DNA of 63,996 nucleotides, counting the filler, from Stramenopiles sp. TOSAG23-2 (Eukaryota), in NCBI GenBank assembly GCA_900128395.1. It is 5 parts of 5 records of this genome, joined end to end, with 100 filler letters (N's around TTAATTAATTAA, not from the genome) between each part and the next. Parts side by side here need not be neighbours in the genome. Positions count along the whole stretch, not along the records: positions 53,445 to 63,996 come from LT650008.1; 4 more parts are not named here. One strand, 5' to 3'. Numbering within the stretch: position 1 is the stretch's first letter; every line of letters begins with the position of its first letter. Below the pieces are notes generated by a model. That model was not told the DNA's origin and did not search any database. It saw only the letters and a program-made list of their open reading frames with translations. Shown one piece after another: positions 56,685 to 63,996 of the stretch. A program made the position numbers and the translations under genes.

Positions 56685-57507
56685 AAAATTATAATATTAT
56701 TGTTATGGAGGGTGGCAATCGTTCAATCTTTTTTTTAATATTCAATATAGAAAAACATTTTTGAAATATATATATAATATATATAAGAAGAAAAAAAGAG
56801 AGAAGAGAGGTTGGTTTTGTGTATTCGTGGGAGGAATGAAAAGATATACACAGAAGAGCGATGTAAAAGTGTGTGATGTGTTTTGATTTGTGTGAGACAT
56901 TGCAGTTCAATATTATATATTGTTTAATCTTATATAAAAATCGCATGATATATGCCATATATATATCATTAATATTTATCAGAAAAACACAAAAAGAAGA
57001 AACAGAGAGTATATAGATTGTAGCTTGGATTGTGTGTAATGCATGCATCAAAACACATGTGGGAGAGAATGAAAATATATAAAAAAAAATATGTAAAAAC
57101 AGAGAGTGAAGTAAGAGAAAGGTGGAGAGAGACAGAGAGACGACGAAGTAAAATAGTTTTATCGGAAATGTTTTTTATTTTGCTTTCTAAAACAAATTTT
57201 TATCATATTTTCCCTTCATTTTCAAGTCAATTTTCTATCTAATACACCAGTGCCATCAAGTCCATTAAGAAAAGGTGACGGTTGATATAATGCTTATGTA
57301 TATTACAAAGTAATAGAAATAATATAGAAATATACATATTGCAATTCAATTCTCATCTTGTAAATATAGCACCCATTCTATATATCATTTTCTTTTTTGT
57401 TATATACATATCATTTTATTTGATTGGTGTGGAACGTAAAAGAAATATAGATTAAAAATTACAAAGATCATCATTATATTTATAAAAAAATAAAATTAAA
57501 AAAAATT

Positions 57508-59116
57508 ATGCCAAATGAGGAACGGTTTCCGTTAATTAATGATAATAATAATAATAATAATTTACCAAAACATATAAGAGAAAGAAATAAACGTATTATA
57601 GCAAATAGAGCACGACAATATCAATCATCTAATAATACCAACAACCAATGCTGCCATCCAAATTCATGTTTCTATCGTTTTTTAGTTGCCTTATTAGCAT
57701 CGTTTATGTGTTTTGGTGCACAAATTGCATATGATAGTATCGGTGCTGCTGGACCATATTTAAGAAAAACAATGCATATACATGCAGAAGAAATTGGGGA
57801 TTTATATAGTGCATATCATTTACCAAATATTGTAATGGTACTTGTAGGTGGAATTTTTGCAAACCAAGTTGGTACATCGGTAGCTGCAGTGGTACTTTCT
57901 ATATTTATTTGTATTGGTACAATTATTGTTGCTACTGCTACAACATTTCATATGATGCTTTTTGGTAGATTAGTTTTTGGTATTGGTTCGGAATCATTAA
58001 CAATAGTACAATTAAGTATATTAAGTCGTTGGTTTTCCACATCGCATCGTTTTCCAAGTTTAGCTGTATCGATGGCAATGGCAAATTGTATTTCTAGTCT
58101 TGGTACAGTCGGTGCGTATGATTTAATACCATTATTAGGATCAAAACATGTACATGAATCATTATATTTATTAGGATTTTGGCCATGTTTAATAAGTTTA
58201 GGTTTAACCTTTATCTTTATATTTTTAGATCGATATGCAAAATATGTAGAAACAAATGAAATCACAACGGAACGACGTTATATTGTAAATGGTGTGATTC
58301 AACAACGATCTGATACAAATAATACATCAACAACAACATCATCTTCATCACCAACATCATTAATTGATGTATGGAATGGTGTAAAACGATTTAGTAGTTT
58401 GTATTGGTATTTAGTATTATACATTGTTATCTTCACTGGTGCAACGCAAGCATATGGTAATTTTGCGACTGATTTATTTGTTGAAAAATTTAGTTATAGT
58501 ACCATTATTGCTGGACGTATCACATCGATGTCAACATGGGCAGCAGTTGCAACGGTATTACCAATTGGTGTGATTGTTGATTATTATGGACATCGTGCAA
58601 CATTATTAATCATTGGTAGTATTATTTTATTTGCAAGTCATTTATTTATTGAATTTGTACCTGAATCAAATAAATATATGTAAGTTTTTGACATCTTTAT
58701 CATCATCATTCCCTTCTATATATATAAGAGTAATAATTTGTACGTATATGAACTAACATTTTATATATTCACACAGTGTAATGGCTGTTTTTGGTTTAGG
58801 TTTGGGTATTATACAAGCATCAATCTTTCCATCCGTTGCATTATCTGTACCAGTCGATATGGCACCATTTGCATTTGGTGTTGTTGGTGCGATGATGAAT
58901 GCATCGATGGTCTTTTTCCCATATTTCACAGGACATATACATGATATTAGTAAAACATATAATGTACCAATGTATTTATTTTTAAGTTACGATGCATGTT
59001 GTTTAATACTTGGTTGTTGGATGTTACGTGATCCAGATGCTAGAAAATTATTACAAAGTTCTGAAAGTGTTTCTCACGTTGTAGATGAGGATGAGGAAGA
59101 TTATGAACCAGAGTAA
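57508..59116 (+). CDS. MFSD1: MFS transporter, MFSD1-like; 2 exons (57508-58679, 58777-59116), 503 aa
   Basis: Motifs CFG...AYD, LYSAY.LPN....VGG, GRLVFGIGSESL and G..VDYYGHR. Intron 58680-58776 (GTAAGT...ACTAAC...CAG) keeps the frame. Confidence 0.8.
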
Positions 59117-59575
59117 TAAGGGGGTAGTAGGTGGTAGACATTCTACAATTGGTCTAAATTAATCGGAGGGTGATGAGATGACATCGATTGATATACTTTT
59201 GTACGTTCGTACGAAAATTACAAAAAATTATATTTTTGTGATCGTGTGTCGTGTGTCATGTGTTCGTATTTTAAAAACACACTTTTGTATAAAAAAAAGA
59301 AAACACACTCCTAAAATTTTATGTACGCGCACTAGATGATCGCACCATTAATATGTGGGTTTAAAAAATAATATTTTTTACGTACTTTTTACGATAAATA
59401 CTCGTACATTTTATCATTATCATATCATAAGTTAATATCATAAAATACTAATAAAGTCGTAGAGTTACATTAGAAAAAAAAAGTACACACACATTTTTTT
59501 TTTTTACGGGGGGAGAGGATAAATTCGTTTTCTTTCTTCTCTCACAATCTCTCCTCAAATATCTCTACTCTCATT

Positions 59576-60634
59576 TCACAATTTACGTCGTATTAAACCT
59601 TTGAAAAAATCAAATGAATTTCCATCTGGATATAATTCATATTTATTACCATCATCATCTACTGAATACAAACCACCGGATACGTTTGATATACCTTTAA
59701 TAGTAACATCAATTGGATCTTTACCATCGCGTAATACAACTTGTACACGTTGATTGGAATGTAACCATGCTTTACAATATTCATCTTCAAATGGTTTAAA
59801 ACCTTGTACGTTAAATATATCCATCATATTTTCATATTGATTTAATATTTCACTAATAACTTGTTCACGTTTTAATTCTGGTATTGTTTTATTATTTGAA
59901 CGTAATATAGAATTTAAACTAACCGTTGGTTGATCATTGGTTGTATTAATACCAACACCAAGTGTAACATCAAAGACACCATTATAGGATGAACTTTGGC
60001 ATAATACACCACCAATTTTAATCGTTTTATTGACGTATATATCATTTGGCCATTTAATACCTATATCAATATCTGTTCCACCTGGCAATGCTTTAATAGC
60101 TTTAATAATTGCAAGTGATATCATATATTGTATAAAAGGTAATCGTGCACCATTTGTTTCTACTGATTTAAATGAAAACATCGAACATCCATGGGGTGAT
60201 TCCCATACATTTCCACCACGTCCTTTCCCTTGGCTTTGTCGATCTACGATGCATATTAAACCATTTTGTATTCCATCAAAATATGTTTTTAATAAAGTTT
60301 GTGATGATGGTATAAGTGGTGAATACAATAATAAACGTCCAAATGTATTTGTTTTTAATAACGAATTAAATAATGCAATATTAAACGTTGTCTTATTTTG
60401 TTTTAAACTTGTAATCGTTTCAACATTTAATTCTTTCACTTTTAATCCGTTTTTATCTGCATTTTGTTTGATTTGTTCTAAACCACTTTGTATACATTGA
60501 ATAGATAAATTATTTGGATCATAAAAAATACAATTCAATAAAAAATTATTAGTATGGTCAATGGACATTTTTTTATAAATTAAATACGTTGTAATTGCGG
60601 TACAATATATAGTAAATTGAGTCACTCCTTCCAT
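59576..60634 (-). CDS. HLCS: Biotin--protein ligase (holocarboxylase synthetase, short form)
   Basis: Motifs Q..GKGRGGNVWESP.GC, IKWPNDIY, KIGGVLC, GVGIN, WLHS and PDGNSFDFFKGLI. Confidence 0.93.
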   Translation of the reverse strand: MEGVTQFTIYCTAITTYLIYKKMSIDHTNNFLLNCIFYDPNNLSIQCIQSGLEQIKQNADKNGLKVKELNVETITSLKQNKTTFNIALFNSLLKTNTFGRLLLYSPLIPSSQTLLKTYFDGIQNGLICIVDRQSQGKGRGGNVWESPHGCSMFSFKSVETNGARLPFIQYMISLAIIKAIKALPGGTDIDIGIKWPNDIYVNKTIKIGGVLCQSSSYNGVFDVTLGVGINTTNDQPTVSLNSILRSNNKTIPELKREQVISEILNQYENMMDIFNVQGFKPFEDEYCKAWLHSNQRVQVVLRDGKDPIDVTIKGISNVSGGLYSVDDDGNKYELYPDGNSFDFFKGLIRRKL

Positions 60635-61639
60635 CGATGGTGGCAGTGATGTTGGTAATGAGAAAAGTTATATTTGAAATATAATAAAATATTTTACTAT
60701 GAATAATCTAGAATAGTAGTGACTATAATAGATATATTTAAAGGGATTATTTCTGTCTTTTTATATACAATTCTTCTCTTCTTTCAAATCATGCATATTT
60801 CTTTATCTTGTATACACAGAGTCACAGAGTATTATTCTATACTAATACGCTTGCATATATATAATAGTTTTTGTGGAAGAATAATAATAAGAATGAGCAC
60901 GAAAACTCTAAATAATATTATTTTAAGATTTGTACTTGATAGTATATCATGCTTCTGGGTCTATTTAAAACAACCCTAATAATCTTACGACGAGACGACG
61001 AGCGCACGAGCGCTGTGTTTCTGGAATTTATCAGATTTTTAATGCTCTATCTATGCTATTTAATGCTGTCCCCATACTAAATTTCAGGTAGGTAAAGATT
61101 AATTAACTTTACTCACTATAGTCTTTTTTCCGATCAAAATGTTGTTAAGTAGGATTTTTTCTGGATTTGAATAAAATCCAGAAACAGTGCTCGTATGAAT
61201 AACATGAAAATAGCTTACATGTGTCACATCATATGGCCAAAAGGACATATTTGTGAAAAGCCCAATGCACTTATCCAATATTTCTTGACTTATAGAAATG
61301 TACTGATTTCCGAATTGCAGACCAACAACACATCTGGTGTCTGTCCTTGATAGTAACAATAATATGTTAAATCACTATTATCTATGTAATAGGCGGTTGC
61401 ACCATTTGTATAACTTTTGCTCTTTCCTTACACTTTCAAAATACTTGTAATCAGGACCATGTAGTGGGAAATAACATATACTCTTTGAAACGGTTTCTGT
61501 CAGTGCATTTGCATTTGTACATCCAGTATGTGTGTTTATCACTACCAACCAAATTCAGTGTTGTCACAGCAGGGAGGTTTTCTATTGCATTGTAATTATT
61601 CCGTTCCTTGAAAGTTTGTATGATGAACTGAATGTAGAA

Positions 61640-62682
61640 ATGGCGGTTTTAAAACGAAAACGTCTGGCAACAGGCCTTGCAATGGGCAACTTCGAAGCAC
61701 CACCAAATCAACAAGTACTACATACACGAAAGAAACAACGTATCCCAGCATTGGAAGAACTACTAAATAATGATGATGATGAAGAAAAAATGGACAAAAT
61801 GTCACTACGTTTGGTAATAAAAAAAGGCTACCGTGGTAACAACCTAAAAGGAAAACAGGTGACGGACCAACATACGGAATGGATGGAAGAACTAATGGAC
61901 CAATATGGCTGGAATAAAAACTTCAAATCTTTCGACGAGGAAGAGTGTGAAAAAATCAATGAATTGCTTGGAAAACTAAACATTAATACAAGAGGAGGCA
62001 AGAAATTCGAAAATTTATCCACTAATGACATGGACCTCACAATGGGACGACTCGTCGTCGCTCTCATGAAAACTAATTTCAAACTAGAGTGAAATATACT
62101 ATGTGTTTCATACTACTTGAGGAAACGGCAAGCATATATGAAGTTGAGAGTAAAAAACTGGAAAAAATATGCGGATTTTAATAATTATTTATCCTTACTG
62201 ATGCAAACATAAATCATAAAGCAATTTTTAGCGCACCATTAATATTGAAACCGGAACCACTTAATCCGGATGGTTCTACGGACTTCTTAGAAATTGAAGC
62301 ATCAATTAAAAACGATGGTAAAGATGTGCGTATACGTTTCAAAGGAAAGAATGAAAAAAGTATCAAGGATAAACAAAGTAAACTAAAGTACAAAAAGATT
62401 GTACCAACCGATACTTTCACCACAAACGCACAAAAGAATGCAAAAATAATAGGGCTGTTTTTCCGTATCTATGCAAACTCACCAACAGCCAAAAATGATA
62501 CCTACAACGACCTTAGATGCAGCCTGTACTTTACATGCAATGAACTTGAAACACAAGGACAATATACAACTGCACAACTAAACAAAGGTATCAGGACTCT
62601 ATTTAATCGAACAATGGATAAAAGACTTAAGCATTACAAATACAATATATTATACAGACCCAGGAGTAATGCTAAACCATGA
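61640..62682 (+). mobile_element. Degenerate Penelope-like retroelement remnant (RT C-terminal/thumb region plus an upstream ORF)
   Basis: The frame of ORF 62245-62682, extended upstream through two stops, reads F**LFIL-x12-APLILKPE-x7-DFLEI...KNEKSI...QKNAKIIGLFFRIYANS...NELETQGQY. This matches the spacing I recall for Penelope-like RT DD..FL(D/E)..thumb regions. Both ORFs use more C-ending codons than host genes. Not database-verified. Confidence 0.55.
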
Positions 62683-63086
62683 TAAAGTAACTAACACAAA
62701 AACGAGGATGTTTTGAGACAAAATTAAGATAAAACCGTATCAAAAAAACAGGGGGATACGATTATCCAAATATTCTCATCTAGAATATTTAAATAGCAGG
62801 CAATTACAATGGGAATAAACCAATAAATTATACGACTGCTTATATATATATATTATAGATACAGACTAAAAAATACAGTAACACGAAACGAAGAACAACA
62901 ACAAAGAAATATTGTAAAGTATTTCTTATAACTACTGAGACCAAAGCTTTAATCAGCATTATAAACATTGGCAGAGTTTATAAAAAATAAAGTTATAAAT
63001 ATAAATTATGCGTAAATTAAATAATATTATACTTATAATAATTATATGAGATATATTGATATTTATCGCATAACACGGTTGTTGCT

Positions 63087-63839
63087 TTATTGTAAAGATA
63101 ATAATGTTCCAACAACAAGAAATAGAATTCCAACAGTTGGTTTTAAACCAGCGGCTGATCCAACAACATTTCCATCATCATCAAAACAAGAACCACTTGG
63201 AGCCTCTGTCGGTTCGCCTTTTTTCGTCCCACAAGTTGTATCTGAATATTCAGTAGCTGTCATCGTGGTACCATCTGCAGAGCATTCAAATTTCGCGCTT
63301 GTTCCTTTAGCGTTTGGCATACAAGCACCACTGAGTAACGAAGTAAAACAACATTAAATGTTAGGAGGTTGTAAGAGTACGACAAACAGGGGAAAATATA
63401 CTCACTTAAATATTCTCATAGCTTCATTAACATTCACATCACTACAATCGTCTTCACCGCCATCAGGGTGGATTTCAATTGAATTAACACCAGTAATAAG
63501 AGAATATTTTGTAGTATTGACAGCCGCTCCAATTGGACCACAAACACCAGAAGTGTAAGAGGTATCTGTTTTCGTTCCGGTGCAGTCAGCTTTACCTGAG
63601 TACCTACTTTGAGTGATAGTTGTACCAGAATGACTAAACTTAAATGAAGTGCCACGGTCCCCTTCTGCTAAACATCCACCTATAGGAAATCCCATAGGAG
63701 AAGGGACATTGTCTGTGCAACCACCTATATACATCTGAACTATATCTTCGTCCTTTTTGCATTTTAACTTCATATAAGTTGTTGCTGTTACAGTCATAAC
63801 TGTCAACAATAGTAGTAATACACTTAGGACTTTCATCAT
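63087..63839 (-). CDS. Secreted, putatively GPI-anchored Cys-containing surface protein; 2 exons (63839-63406, 63330-63087), 225 aa
   Basis: Signal peptide. Intron 63405-63331 (GTGAGT...CCTAAC...CAG) joins the ORFs as RIFN/GACMP. Internal repeat G.C.....TS.KF..S..GTT.T...YS...C. Hydrophobic C-terminus after GSAAG. Confidence 0.78.
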
Positions 63840-63996
63840 TGAATAATGTTGGAATATTTAAGTTTTTATATCTTTACGATGCGTATTATTTATTTATATT
63901 TATTATCTTTTATCTTTAATTGTTTATGATTTTCTTTGTAAATATATAGTTATGCAGTTATATACTGTACTGCCATAATATATACTATATATATAC

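Noticed and set aside
37972..60634. Biotin gene cluster (carboxyltransferase plus biotin-protein ligase)
   Set aside because: The two genes are on different scaffolds, separated by two linkers.
61099..61530. Minus-strand coding-like remnant upstream of the retroelement
   Set aside because: Multiple stops in all frames and no recognisable homology.
62190..62200. Stop-codon reassignment or selenocysteine read-through suggested by in-frame stops near the retroelement remnant
   Set aside because: Conserved host genes end normally at TAA, TAG and TGA and have no internal stops. Decay explains these stops better.

Overview
This is AT-rich eukaryotic nuclear DNA, not prokaryotic. It shows spliceosomal GT-AG introns, poly-Asn tracts and eukaryote-specific genes (LRRC56, VPS36, coronin-7, RGP1). 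The likely source is a flagellated protist, possibly a stramenopile (inference). The window is not one locus: it is five scaffolds joined by 100-nt N44-TTAATTAATTAA-N44 linkers, with lengths >=13279, 13262, 13262 and 13241 for the first four, so they appear size-sorted and adjacency across linkers is meaningless. About 26 intron-poor protein genes or fragments are present. Recognisable ones include LRRC56, a CCCH/methyltransferase, purple acid phosphatase, an HMG-box protein, TXNDC9, a 2OG-Fe(II) oxygenase, AASS, RGP1, two EF-hand proteins, BMT2, an MCCC2-like carboxyltransferase, a GDPD, VPS36, CORO7, an MFSD1-like transporter and biotin-protein ligase. Nine perfect 63-117 bp tandem duplications, probably assembly overlaps, break several genes. 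The best leads are a decayed Penelope-like reverse-transcriptase remnant, an MCC-beta paralogue with a degenerate C-terminal domain, a TACG/CGTA motif concentrated downstream of stop codons, a 66-bp perfect inverted repeat and a duplicated intron-exon module. I found no tRNA, rRNA or CRISPR array, and no multi-gene novel system can be established from sequence alone. All homology calls are from recognising motifs by eye, not from database searches.
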